Part shown: positions 15,601 through 28,279 of the stretch, piece after piece
Layout: the number at the start of each line of letters is the position of its first letter
How positions within the stretch are numbered: the first letter of the stretch is position 1
NCBI GenBank assembly: GCA_013265495.1
Contig: MU057584.1
Span: 1 to 64,000 of the forward strand
Length of the DNA stretch: 64,000 nucleotides
Reading direction: 5' to 3'
Source: Vicugna vicugna
Lineage: Eukaryota
Made by a program: the position numbers and the translations under genes
Notes under the pieces: generated by a model
Databases searched by the model: none
What the model was told of the DNA's origin: nothing
What the model saw: the letters and a program-made list of their open reading frames with translations, nothing else

Positions 15601-16669
15601 TGGATGTAGTCTCGTTAAGTCATAGGAACCAAGTGGAATCAGGCCCTGTAGCTAGGACTTGATTATGAGGGACCTTAAAAGCAAAGCAAATGGGCTTGGA
15701 CTTTTCTATAAGTTTTTAAAAACGTTGTCAACTCTTTTGCTTCACTTGTTACAAATAATATTCCATATTCTTAAAGAACCATGCCATTGTGGATCATTCA
15801 CCAATTGCAGAAATATGTTAGGAAAAAAATTATTTTAAATACTTATCAATCCAGGATGTAAAGATAGCAACTGTTAAGCTTCTAATGCATTTCTGTTTAG
15901 TGGTTCTTTTGATATATTTCTTTATAAACATTTTACAATTTGTTTTATCATCCTTTTCTGAATGGTTTTTTACCTCATGTGTTTTAACTATGGAAATTTC
16001 CAAACACTGACAAGAAAGAATAAACAAATGGACTTCCATATAATTTCACCATCATCCTTACTATTCTCATTATTATTGTTATTCCTGTGACTGTTTTTGA
16101 TTTTTAAAAACTTTTTATATAATTTTAAACCTATAGAATAGTTGCAGAAATAGAATAAGGAACTCTCATATACTTGTTACCCAAATTCACCAACTGTTTA
16201 CATTCTGCCTGTCTGCTCTGTGCTCCATCAGCCAGATGACACCAAGAATGTACCTGTATTCAGGGGCAACTGGTCTTAGCTTTCTGCATGAAGGATGCCG
16301 ACATGTCCTGGGTGGTCAGGAGGTGTCTTGTTACGAGGGATTTAGAGAAGGCTGATTAGAGGATTTCAGCATCATATGCTTGGTAATATTAGACACTATA
16401 CTAGAGAATAGTGTGTATCTGCTAGGTTTCTATTGAGTTATTGGTAATTGTAGCTAACAGGTAACAGTAGATAATGCTGGATGGTACATTAGATGATGTA
16501 CTGATATATAATCCAGGGTCCTATATTTATTTTGTTCTGTTTTTCATTGGAAGTCTTCATAATTGAGTTTCCTTCAGTTCAAAGTCCAGGTTTGTGCCTT
16601 TCCTTAAGTTGTAGATTTGTTTATAAACATTTCGCAGAACTTTTGTCATACTTTCTTCATATTCTTCTT

Positions 16670-17345
16670 TAACACAGAATGATTCCACAGCCTTTGTCTT
16701 TTTCGTTCTTGAAACCCCTAATTTATCCCCTCCTTTTCCCCTTTGGTAACCATAAGTTTGTTTTGTATGTCTGTGAGTCTATTCCTGTTTTGTAAGTAAG
16801 TTCATTTGTATCATTTTTTAGATTCCACATATAAGTGATATCATATGGTATTTGTCTTTCTAGTTTTGCTAATTTAAATGATTTGTAGATTAACACTTAT
16901 TTTTACCAACTTGAGATACGGGGTACATATTTTAGAATTCCCCCATTTCAGGTGTACAAATCAATGATTTTTTGTAACTTTGCTGGGTAGGGCCATCATC
17001 GCCATGATACAGTTTAGAACATTTTCATTTCGCTAGTTGGATTCCTGTTAATCCTCTTTCTCTCCACTGGTACCCGGGCTACCACTCACCTACTTTCTGT
17101 CTCCATAGATTTGCCTATTATGGATATTTCATATAAATGGAATTGTACAGTATGACGTCTTTTGTGTCTGTCTTCTTTTGCCGTCCACAGTGTTTGCAAG
17201 ATTCATCCGTGTTGTAGTGTAATCAGTACTTCATTCCTTGCAGTTGGCACGTGAACACTCCATTGTATGGATCTTGCCACAGTTTGTCTGTTCATTCACG
17301 CCTGGGCTGACATTTCGGTTGTTTCTGGTTTTACGTTATGAGTCA
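16670..17345 (-). mobile_element. L1 3'-end fragments (one younger, one older)
   Basis: ggtaaccataagtttgttttgtatgtctgtgagtc...gattccacatataagtgatatc, followed by older L1M-type 3'UTR sequence. Confidence 0.75.
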
Positions 17346-17522
17346 TGAGCTGTGATCACGCATATGCTTGTTCACAGTCCAGGTCAGGGCAGGTGAGCAG
17401 CATCCCAGGCCACTCTTTGATGTCTTTTTCCTGCCTTCCTAGGCACCCTGCTGTGCACAGTTTTGACTTTCCCGGATCTGTGTCCCTCGGGACTCTGCTT
17501 GTCCCCAGAAGTGGGAGGAACA

Positions 17523-17537
17523 ATGACTGCGTTCAAG
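17523..17537 (+). CDS. ZNF234: ZNF234 start-codon exon, coding part MTAFK
   Basis: acaATGACTGCGTTCAAG|gtgagt joins the KRAB-A exon in phase 0. A probable acceptor (ttcctag) ends at 17442. Confidence 0.85.
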
Positions 17538-17909
17538 GTGAGTAGGGCCAGCCTTTCTCACTTTCAAAGTTCCATCCCATTCCTCAGATTGTCGCACGCT
17601 TTTCTTGGGACGACTCAAGCAGAACAACAGGCATTGGAAGGCCTGTTCTGCCTCCAGCTCTTACTTTGCCCTTTGAGTTCTCTTTGCATTTGTTTTTATT
17701 TTTTACTTTATTTTATTATTTATTTTATGGAGAAGAAGAACTTCTAGAAATACACGACTCTCCCACTTTGCTACTTCTCTTTGGACAGACTAGCTGTTTT
17801 TATTTTCTTGTGCTCTTCCTCAGAGACATTCATAACTGTATTTGTATTCATGGTATACATCTAATTTCATCTACTTGTTTGTGTATTTTTCACTAGAGAA
17901 TTTTTTAAT

Positions 17910-18712
17910 CTTTTTTTTAATTGAACTATTGTTAATTTACAGTGTTGTATTAGTTTCATATGTACAGCAAAGTGATTCAGTTATGTGTATATATGCGTAT
18001 ATATGTGTATATACATATATACGTGTATATATATCTCCTTTTTCAGATTCTTTCCCATTATAGGTTATTACAGGATATTAAGTACAGTTCCCTGTGCTAT
18101 GTATAGTTTTATATATAGTAGTTTTATATATTTTTATATATAGTGTGTGTGTGTGTATATATATCTTTTTACATATAGTAGTATGTATATGTTAATCCCA
18201 AACTCCTAATTTATCCCTTCCTCACCCCTGCTTTTGCCCTCTGGTAACCATAAATTTGTTTTCTATGTCTGTGAGTCTGTTTCTGTTTTGTAAATAAGTT
18301 CATTTGTAACATTTTTAAAGATTACACATATAAGTGGTATCATATGGTATTTTTCTTTCTTTGATTTACCTCACTTAATGTGATAATCTCTAGGTCCATC
18401 CATGTTGCTGCAAATGGCAATATTTCATTCTTTTTTATGGCTGAGTAATAGTCCATTGTGTACATACACCACACCTTCTTTATCCAGTCATCTGTTGATG
18501 GACATTCAGGTTGCTTCCATGTCTTGGCTGTTGTGAAAAGTGCTGCTGTGAGCATTGGGGTGCATGCAGCTTTTTGAATTAGAGATTTCTACAGATAGAT
18601 GCCCAGGAGTGGGATTGCAGGATCATAGGGTAACTCAATTTTTAGTATTTTAAGAAACGTCCATACTGTTCTCCTGAGTGGCTGCAGCAGTTTACATTCC
18701 CACCAGCAGTAG
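17910..18712 (-). mobile_element. 5'-truncated L1 (ORF2 C-terminus and 3'UTR) with (TA/TG)n tracts
   Basis: The minus-strand ORF 18340..18555 ([41 protein letters not shown]) is the L1 ORF2p C-terminus. Confidence 0.9.
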
Positions 18713-20169
18713 TATATATACATCTAATTTTAAATTGTGACTTCTTTCTTTTAATATTATATAACGTTCATTTTTTAATGGATACCCCGCAGTCCCATTG
18801 AATCGATGTACCTTTTCATTTTTAACTACTTCCCACCTGTAGACATTTAGGTGGCTTAAGAATTTGATGGTTTTAAGCAATACTGAGTGATTGCTTTCCT
18901 GCATAAAACCTTTTCCCCTAAAATCAGCTCTGAAAGCAATCTGCCAATTTTTTGTCCTCATGGGCTGTGAGCTCAGTATAGACAGAGTACATTCGGTATG
19001 TGTCGTGTTGGCTGTTTTCTAGGTAGAATATCTGAATATGAGCTCCAACTGCTGCATCACACAAACACGTTTTATTCATTAGGCACTTATACTGTGCCAC
19101 TTACTCTTCCAAATGCTGTAGATATTCCCTCATTTAATCCTTGAAAGAAGTCTGTTATGTAAGGACCACTCTACAGAGAGAAAACTCAGGCACGCAGGCA
19201 CACTTGTCCAAGGTCACACAGCTAGTAAGGGTTAGGGCCGCCCAGACCTTTGGGAATCGTGCCGAGGCATGCTGGTCCCAGAGTGGGACACTGAATGCTC
19301 CAATTAGGTGTATTGTGTGCAAGATGGGAACCCTCGTCTCCAGGAAGACCCCAGAACCAGGGAGGGATCTGCAACCTGTGGAACTCAGAGAATAGAAATG
19401 TTGTCACGAAAGCCCTTTATGGGGCAAGAAGTCCTTTAAGAAGGAAAATCTGACTTCCAACCTCATGAGTAGTTTATATGGACCAATTCAAGGCAGCCAG
19501 TCAGCTTCCAAGTTTGAAATGCCCTCAACCCCCTTAAATTTTGCCACAAACCGTGGATCGAGTAGATTGATTTGAGAGCCTTGCCTCCTGCATCCTTGTC
19601 AGTGGACTTTACAATAAAGCTTTTTCACAAAAAAAAGAGAGAGAGAGAGATGTGGTGTGTGCCTTGAAGATACATAGGACGAACTACATAGCTCTCCCAC
19701 ACAGGTTCCTAAAAACATGTTAGTTTGGCAGACACTAATGAAAAGGGCTAGCTTTTCTGTTACAGGAGGGCTTGTGTGTCTAAGAGGAAGAAGGCAGGTG
19801 CTATCAAATATGTCTGGATTAAATCGCTCAACTCTTCTGGGGACAAATAGCAATATTCACAAAAAAGTAAAATGCATGTAGCCCAGGATACATGTTTAGG
19901 GTTTCAGAGGGTTACTTGTAAGTAGACTCAATGAGGTTACAAAATATATACAAAGACTGTTATCACTGCTGCATTTGGGATGTGGCTGAGGAAAATCAGC
20001 GTGTGGCATTGGCAGGAGAGAAAGAGAAGGGTCAGGGAGTCTACAGATTGACTTATGTGCCTCAGAATCTGGACTCACTTCTCACCCATCCTCACCACCA
20101 CATCAGTGCTGTCTGTTTTCAAGTGGCCATTGATTGTAACATTGAGGTTGCGTGTGTTTGGTGTTGTAG

Positions 20170-20322
<153 letters not shown>

Positions 20323-20430
20323 TAAATGTCAGCTCCCTGGTCTGGCCTGGCTTTGTGTCCTCAGGTGTTGACAGGGTCTTGAAATGGTCCCCTTGCGTTG
20401 GTGGACCTGACTTTTATGCCAACCATTTTT

Positions 20431-21130
20431 CTTTATTGTACATCTTTTTTATTTTATTTTTTATTGACGTGTAGTCAGTTTACAGTGTTTCATCAATTTC
20501 TGGTGTACAACATAATGTTTTAGTCATACATATATATATATTCATTTTCATATTCTTTTTGATTACATATACATGTGATCATTTTCATATTCTTTTTCAT
20601 TATAGATTACTACAAGATATTGAATATAGTTCTCTGTCCTATACAGTACAAACTTGTTGTCTATTTTATATATGGTAGTTAGTATCTGCAAATCTCGAAC
20701 TCCCAATTTATCCCTTCCCACCCCCTGCCCCCACTGGTAACCATAAGTTTGTTTTCTGTGTCTGTGAGTCTGTTTCTGTTTTGTAAATAAGTTCATTTGT
20801 GTCTTTTTTTTTTAGATTCCACATATAAATGATATCTTATGGTATTTTTCTTTTTCTTTCTGTCTTATTTCACTTAGAATGACCATCTCCAGGTCCATCT
20901 ATGTTGCAGCAAATGGCATTAATTTATTCTTTTTTATGTCTGAGTAATACTCCATTGTGTATATATACCACAACTTCAGCTTCTTCATCCAGTCATCTGT
21001 CAGTGGCATTTAGGTTGCTTCCGTGTCTTGGCTATTGTATATAGTGCTGCTGTGAACACTGGGGTGCATGTGTCTTTTTGAATTTGAGTTCTCTCTGGAT
21101 ATATGCCCTGGAGTGGGATTGCAGATCATA
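20431..21130 (-). mobile_element. 5'-truncated L1 with diverged TSD
   Basis: L1 ORF2 end and 3'UTR. Flanked by ttatgccaaccattttt (20414-20430) and ttatgccagcaattttt (21131-21147). Confidence 0.88.
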
Positions 21131-21485
21131 TTATGCCAGCAATTTTTAAGGAAATAAAATAAGATAGAAAAATATCAGAACTTGTAAGGAAGAATGGAAT
21201 CCATTGCAGCAAAAACTCTGGCCAATTAAGTGAATGATATAAGAACCAAGGGGAGGGGAGTTAATGAAAATAGACATTAGTGAGAAACAGATTTTTGTAA
21301 TACTTATGCATATGTGTCTACGTCTTGAAATGTCAGTGTTTCTTCAAATAGATCATGTTTTGAAAAACACTTTGAAAAACATCAGTTTTGATTAATTGAT
21401 CAACATTAAATTCAGGAATCTAAATTTCCAGTTAATTGTACCTTTGGTGTATTCATTTTAAATAAGTAACTTTTCATGTTCACAG

Positions 21486-21578
21486 GGTGTCACCCCTTCA
21501 AACATGATATATTCCACTTAGAAAAGGCAGATGGACTTTGGTGGGTAAAGACAGCAGCCCAAAGAGAAAGGAAGTCAG
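21486..21578 (+). CDS. ZNF234: ZNF234 KRAB-b exon (93 bp)
   Basis: Bounded by cacag|GG and TCAG|gtaag. Encodes GCHPFKHDIFHLEKADGLWWVKTAAQRERKS. Confidence 0.88.
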
Positions 21579-21699
21579 GTAAGAACCGGGCGGATGGGAG
21601 TCCTTGTGGACGCTCTCCCACGTGTCTGACTTCTCTCCAGCCATTTTGCTCTCATCTGCTCCATGTGCACACCTCTTTGCTGAATTCTTTCAGTCACCT

Positions 21700-22130
21700 T
21701 CGTACTGGTTGCCCCTCTGCCACTCCTCCCCTCTTATAGTCTGTTCTCCGTGTAGCAGCCAAAGTGATCCTTAGGAAATGTAAGTCAGGTTATAATTCCT
21801 CTATTAAACCCTTCATGGCTTCTTATTTTTCTTAAAGTTAAAACCTCTTAAAGTGGCTCCTGGAGTCCTCCAGACTCTGCTCTTGGTCATCCCTCCCCCC
21901 ACCCCACCAAGCCTTCTTGATGCATCTCCCCTTCTGTCCCTCTTCCTCCATCTCTTGCAGCCACACTGGCCTCCCCGCTGTCCTCACACCTGCCAGGGAT
22001 GCCGTGTCACCCGTGGCTGCCCTGACAAACTACCACAGACCTCACGGCTTAGCACAGCACATGTTGATTGCCTCACGGTTCTAGCGGTCAGAGGTGTGGT
22101 ATGGTTCTTACTGGGCTGAAGTCAACTGAG
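21700..22130. mobile_element. L2 remnant followed by an MLT1 (MaLR) LTR fragment
   Basis: gcagccaaagtgatcctt...gcagccacactggcctcc is L2-like. gtggctgccctgacaaactaccacagacctcacggcttag is MLT1-like. Confidence 0.65.
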
Positions 22131-22341
22131 GGGTTTTATGGGATGCTACATGGATAGTGGCCAACTAGACCTCTTGGTTTCCATTGTCAGGCAAACCAGA
22201 ACACACGGTACACAATGGAAGAGACAAACTGAACATTCTCTGGACTCATTCTAGTCTCACACTCTCTCCTGAATGTGAAATCTTGAAAACCCTGAACAGA
22301 GCCTTCAGTTGTTCACGTCTCTGAATTTTGTGTCTTTACAG

Positions 22342-24209
22342 AAGGAAAGATCCCAAGTGAGATGGAGGCTGTTCCAGAAGCAGGACCACATGGAGAGCGT
22401 CCCTGCTGGCAGATGTGGCATCAGATTGCCAGTGACTTAAGCAGGTGTCAAGACTTCATGATAAAAAGTTCTGAGTTCCCTAGGCAAGATGACTCACCTG
22501 GCCAGGGTGGGGCAGGACTGGCTTTAACTCACACAGGCCAGAAACTTTATCCATGTAATGAGTGTAAGAAACCTTTCAGCGATGTCTCCCACTTTGATCT
22601 TCACCAACAAATGCACTCAGGAGAGAAGTCTCATACGTGTAGTGTGTGTGGAAAAAGCTTCTGTTACAGCTCAGCACTTCGTATTCATCAGCGAGTCCAC
22701 TTGGGAGAGAAACGCTATAAATGTGATGAGTGTGGGAAGGAATTCAGTCAGAACGCACAGCTGCAAACTCATCAGAAAGTCCACACCGTCGAGAAGCCAT
22801 TCAAATGTGAGCAGTGTGGGAAAGGCTTCAGCCGTCGGTCCACACTTACTGTTCACTGTAAATTACACACAGGAGAGAAGCCTTACAATTGTGACGAATG
22901 TGGAAGGGCCTTCATTCATGCTTCGCACCTGCAGGAACATCAGAGAATCCACACTGGGGAGAAACCGTTCAAATGTGATATATGCGGTAAGAACTTCCGC
23001 CGTAGATCAGCACTTAACAGTCACTGTATGGTCCACACTGGGGAGAAACCGTACAAATGTGAGGAGTGCGGGAAATGTTTCACTTGTAGCTCCAATCTTC
23101 ATATCCACCAGAGAGTCCACACGGGAGAGAAACCTTACAAGTGTGAAGAATGCGGTAAGTGCTTCATTCAGCCTTCACAATTTCAGGCTCATCGGAGAAT
23201 CCACACTGGAGAGAAGCCATATGTATGTCAAGTGTGTGGTAAAGGCTTCATTTACAGTTCAAGTTTTCAAGCCCATCAGGGAGTCCACACAGGAGAGAAA
23301 CCATACAAATGTGGTGAGTGTGGGAAGAGCTTCAGGATGAAAATCCATTATCAGGTCCACCTGGTCGTCCACACAGGGGAGAAACCCTACAAATGTGAGG
23401 TGTGTGGGAAGGGCTTCCGTCAGAGTTCGTATCTCAAAATCCATCAGAAGGCCCACAGCGTAGAGAAACCTTTTAAGTGTGAGGAGTGCGGGCAGGGCTT
23501 CAATCAGAGTTCCCGACTCCAGATTCACCAGCTGACGCACACCGGTGAGAAACCATACAAATGTGAAGAGTGCGGGAAGGGATTCAGTCGTAGAGCAGAT
23601 CTTAAAATTCACTGCAGAATCCACACAGGAGAGAAACCGTATAATTGTGAGGAGTGTGGGAAGGTTTTCAGTCAGGCCTCTCATCTCCTGACCCATCAGC
23701 GGGTCCATAGCGGAGAAAAACCATTCAGATGTGAGGAGTGTGGGAAAAGCTTCAGCCGCAGCTCACACCTTCAAGCCCATCAGAAAGTCCACACTGGAGA
23801 AAAGCCGTACAAATGTGAGGAGTGTGGGAAGGGCTTCAAGTGGAGCTTGAATCTTGACATGCACCAGAGGGTCCACACGGGAGAGAAACCCTACAAGTGT
23901 GGGGAGTGTGGGAAGCACTTCAGTCAGGCCTCGAGTCTTCAGCTTCACCAGAGCGTCCACACTGGGGAGAAGCCGTACAGATGTGATGTGTGTGGGAAGG
24001 TCTTCAGTCGGTCTTCACAGCTTCAGTATCACAGGCGCGTTCACACAGGGGAGAAGCCTTACAAGTGTGAGGCATGTGGTAAGAGCTTCAGCTGGCGCTC
24101 CAATCTTGTGAGTCATCACAAAATTCACACAGGCGATGCATTTTATGAAAGTGACGAGAGTGGTCAGAACCTCAAGGAACTATCAGAGGAAGGAAGTCCT
24201 ACAGAATGA
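22342..24209 (+). CDS. ZNF234: ZNF234 spacer and finger exon (19 C2H2 fingers)
   Basis: Acceptor tttacag|AA is in frame with ORF 22362..24209. Diagnostic fingers [18 protein letters not shown] and [13 protein letters not shown], and the tail [19 protein letters not shown], match human ZNF234 as recalled. Confidence 0.92.
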
Positions 24210-25884
24210 TGCTTTCAGAACCCTCATGTGCCGCCTGAATTCTTGTCATCATTAGGTCTCAGAGGAGAGAAAATATTGGAGGTTAGTTGGTGTGGAAGCA
24301 GTCGCTGAACAGATCCCAGTTCTCTCTAGATGGCACAGCAGAGAGCCCTTCTAACTGGTGCAGTGGCGGCTGCTGTCAGAACTGTGACATGTCACTTTGG
24401 AGATAGGACTTAGAAGGGAAAAGAGTTTGGTCTGGCCTTTAGCAAAAGCATAGGGACAGGCTCATCAGAATCTCTGTCCTTAGAATGTGAGCTCCAGGAG
24501 GGCAGGGACCTGCCTGCTCAATCTCCCCCATCTTAACACTGACTAGCGCTTGCAGGTGTGCTCAGTGCTTGGTCGTTAAGTAATCCAAAAGGTGAAAAGG
24601 TTCAACATATGAAAATTATATCCAGAGGAGGAAACCCGCAAAATAAGATTAATTCAGGAAAGGAACATTTGTTGAGATGCAGGAAACCACTCTGTATGAC
24701 AGTCCATGAAATTAACGAGGTGTTAGTCGGTTGCAGTTGGCATCTTTCCTCCCACAGCGTCTGTTCTACAGGTCAGGGGATTATTTGGGGCCCTGCCTGG
24801 TTTTCCAAGGATTGTGTCTAGTATAAACTGAACTATCTCATGATTTTTTTTCCCTAACAATGCAGACTGAAAAATTGTGGTTAACTCTACAACAGCAGGT
24901 TAAATGCATATTATACAATTGATTTTTATCTATCAGTGTTAAGGCAGGGCTTACTGTAACACTTCGAAAGCTATCGCAGGTGGTTACCAATGACAAGCAT
25001 GTTCTTAGTCGATCTGGAGATTTTTATGGATTTCTAATTGTCTGTGTTTTCAGCCAGAAATGTTTGCCTTCTAATTATGGTAGCATTTCTTCTTTAAGAA
25101 CTTCTCAGGGGTCTTTGCCATAGTCTTCCCCCACATCCATGGGGCAAATCACCAGAAAACTTGCAGGAATTTGATCAAATTATCAAATGTATTATTGAGG
25201 TGAGACTGGCATTTATATGCTTTCCCTATTGGTAGCAGGAAAGCATGGTTTGGGGAAAGGAGAACATATCAGAATACAGATTGTACATCTCTTGCATCTG
25301 GAAATCATATCATTGGATGCTATGATTATGAAATTAAAATACCAAAAAATTGAGCACCACATCAATGATGTCACTGAATTTTTTAATTGAAATAAATGTA
25401 CATCTGTAGAAATTCGAGTTTTGCTATATTCCTGTGTGAATCTGAAGCCATTAAAATTATGGCAGATACCTGTAATGGCAGAAAAAATACATAATACGGA
25501 CTTTGAGAGACCACAGATTGTAGTCTTCTTGATATAATCAACCATAAATCTTTGTGTGTGTGTGCGTGCGCACATGTACGTGTACGTGCATAAAGTCATT
25601 TGTAAAAGATACTCTACCATAGTGGGTTTCCTTGGCAAGGAACATTTTACAGGTTTTTTTCCATTTTTTAATTTCAGGTTATGTTTTCATTTTTCATTGA
25701 ATATTGAATATTACCAGAGCAGTAAATTATTACAACAGAATTTGAAAAAGTACTACATTATTTTTTTTAATTTTAAGTACTGAATAATTATCCCTTGCAG
25801 TTAAGACCTCATAATATGATTGTTCTATATTGTCATTTAAGTTGTAAGATCAAAATTAAGGTATGGACTCTGGAAGGCAATTTC

Positions 25885-26055
25885 TTCTTTTTTTTCCTCT
25901 TTTTTTTGTTTTGGTTTTTTTGGGGGGGAGGTTGGGGTTTGCTTTTGGGGGAGCAATTAGGTATTTATTTATCTATAATGGAGATACTGGGGATTGAACT
26001 CAGGACCTCAGGCATGCTAAGCATGCACTCTACCACTGAGCCAAACCCTTCCCCG
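25885..26055 (-). mobile_element. tRNA-derived SINE (camelid Vic-1-like)
   Basis: The reverse strand reads ..gctcagtggtagagtgcatgcttagcatgcctgaggtcctgagttcaatccccagtatctcc (A and B boxes) plus an A-rich tail. TSD tgg(a/g)aggcaatttc at 25871 and 26056. Confidence 0.85.
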
Positions 26056-26134
26056 TGGGAGGCAATTTCAAAAGGAAAAAATTCTCAGATTCTTTCCCAT
26101 ACACATTTAAGTTGATGAGTTTCAACAATTGAAT

Positions 26135-26528
26135 CTTTTTTCAAACTTTTTTTTTATTGAACTACAGTTGATTTACAATGTATTCGTTTCTGGTGTACAG
26201 CATAGTGATTCAGTTATACATACATATTCTTTTTCATATTCTTTTTTTATTGAAGTATAGTCAGTTTACAATGTGGCAATTTCTGGTGTACAGCATAATG
26301 TTTCAGTCATACATATATATACATGTATTCCTTTTCATACTCTTTCATTTCAGGTTACTAAAAGCTGTTAAATATAGTTCCCTGTGCTCTACAGTAGGAC
26401 CTTGTTGTTTATCTACTTGTACATAATAGTTTGTATCTGCCGATCCAAAACTCTCAATTTATCCCTCCCTCCCCTCTCTCCCTCCTGGTAACCTTATGTT
26501 TGTTTTCTATGTCTGTGAGTCTCTTTCT
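26135..26528 (-). mobile_element. L1 3'-end insertion containing two tandem tail segments
   Basis: Perfect 16-bp TSD gtttcaacaattgaat at 26119-26134 and 26529-26544. Confidence 0.85.
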
Positions 26529-26833
26529 GTTTCAACAATTGAATGTTTGTAAGTTATGCTACACTTTAATTATAAATCCGTAACAGGGAGAGGGCAAATC
26601 CTGGAGCTAGAAACAAAATGGATGTACATATATTCTGGAGGTTTTTTTTTTTTAAAGGTTTCCTGTGAAAGGATGTACATGAGGAGAGAACACAGCATAA
26701 TAGTGGAGGACGCTCTGGATGTGGAGCCAGTAAGGACAAAGGACAAAGCCGGTTTGGTTGTCATTCCATACTCAGACACAGTGGTGATACTTTCAGTGTA
26801 ATTGGTTAAAGGGCTTTACTCATCACCAAGTTG

Positions 26834-27005
26834 CAGCTGACCCCTGAACAATATGGGTTTGAACTGGGCAGGTCCACTGATAGACACAAAATTTTTAAAT
26901 AGTCAGTACTGCAGTGCTACACAGTTTGCAGTTGATTGAACCCGTGGAAGCAGGACTGCAGATACAGAGGAACCACAGATACAGAGGTCTGACCATAAGT
27001 TATTT
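26834..27005 (+). mobile_element. Tigger2a/MER8-like Tc1-mariner DNA transposon fragment
   Basis: Starts cagctgacccctgaacaatatgggtttgaactg, resembling the terminal repeat CAGTTGACCCTTGAACAA. Confidence 0.7.
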
Positions 27006-27382
27006 ATATATATATATAGAGAGAGAGCATGAGTGCACGTGCTAGGTGTTTACATAAGTAGATTCAGAAGTGTGTGGGTGTACAAACGTGTATGTGGTGT
27101 AAGTAAGCATATATATCCACATACCTATTTCAGGGCTAGAGCAGGAAAAGCACAAAATAATCATGGAAAAATTTTGCTGTGCAAGAAAGTAGGAAAGAGC
27201 AATGGTACATATAAAAAGATCCAGCTCAAAAGGATTCACACTGGGGAAATCTGAGCAATTTGACCATAAGCAGAAATAATTAGCAAAATAAAATATGAAT
27301 TAAAAAGGAGAGAGGGAAAGAAGGAAGGAAAGAAGCGAGGAAGGAAGGGCTCTTGTAGTAGAATGCCCAGCCATAAGTATAG

Positions 27383-27893
27383 TGTTGCAGGAAAATGTGC
27401 TATACAGCTCAGTGTTACAGCTCGGTTTTACAGCTTAGTTGTGACACCTGGATCCTGGCCAAAGAGCACTTGGAGAGTTGGAGAACTCGGGTTTATTATG
27501 TCAGCCGGCCCAGAGGAATTAACACTCCAAGCTCTGGACCCGGTCTGTAGGTTTACACAGGCTTTTATAGGCTGCCAGTTTACACTTTGCAACATCATAT
27601 GCAAGTAAGGTATAACAAAAGTTGACTAATTAGGAACAAGCTTTGTAGAAATGGACCAAGCAGGAGGGAGAGAAATAATCAATCAAGAGTGAGGGAAACA
27701 GACCAAACACGAGTGAAGGAAATAACCAATCAGAAGTGAGCTCAGGGAACCAACAGAATTTTAAGGGTAAGTAAGCTGTTTCAGAGGCAAAAAGTGAGAT
27801 AGAGCTTCCCAGTCAGGGAACCAGATGGTGCTGCAGGAGCTTAGTGGCCCTGCGTGGGGGTCCTGCTGACCTTTTTATGGGCTTCCCACCTTA
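27383..27893 (-). mobile_element. Solo LTR (ERV1-like) inserted in an old L1MC-type 3'UTR
   Basis: TG...TA ends (degenerate CA) with 4-bp TSD atag at 27379-27382 and 27894-27897. Antisense TATAAAA near 27563-27569 and AATAAA at 27492-27497. The host L1 is continuous across the insertion (about 27200-28270). Confidence 0.8.
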
Positions 27894-28279
27894 ATAGAAG
27901 GAATTATATAATTTAAAAATCATTTACAACTATCATAGTAATAATTGATTCTAGCAAGAATAATCAATGAATTCTAAAACTGTTGGTTAAAAGTTAATAA
28001 GTAGGAGGAGGATGCTACAAAGCCCAAAGTGCCTCTCCACAAAGTAGTAGTAATTTCAAAAGGAAATAAAGTAGGTGTATCATGGAGAAATTTGGTGAAC
28101 ACGACCTTAGCCAAGATGTTCACATTATCAATAATAGAACAAGTCAACATTTTTAGACCTCCTGATATGTGCTGAGAATCTCAAGACACATTGTTGCTTC
28201 AGTATTAGTCCTGCTGAAAATATGCAACCAAATATAATATCAAGGAAAACCCAAATTAAGAGACAGTCTACTTCATACT

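Noticed and set aside
22540..24130. Regular 84-bp repeat-and-variable periodicity superficially like a CRISPR array
   Set aside because: It is an in-frame C2H2 finger array with TGEKPY linkers in a mammalian gene, and no cas genes are present.
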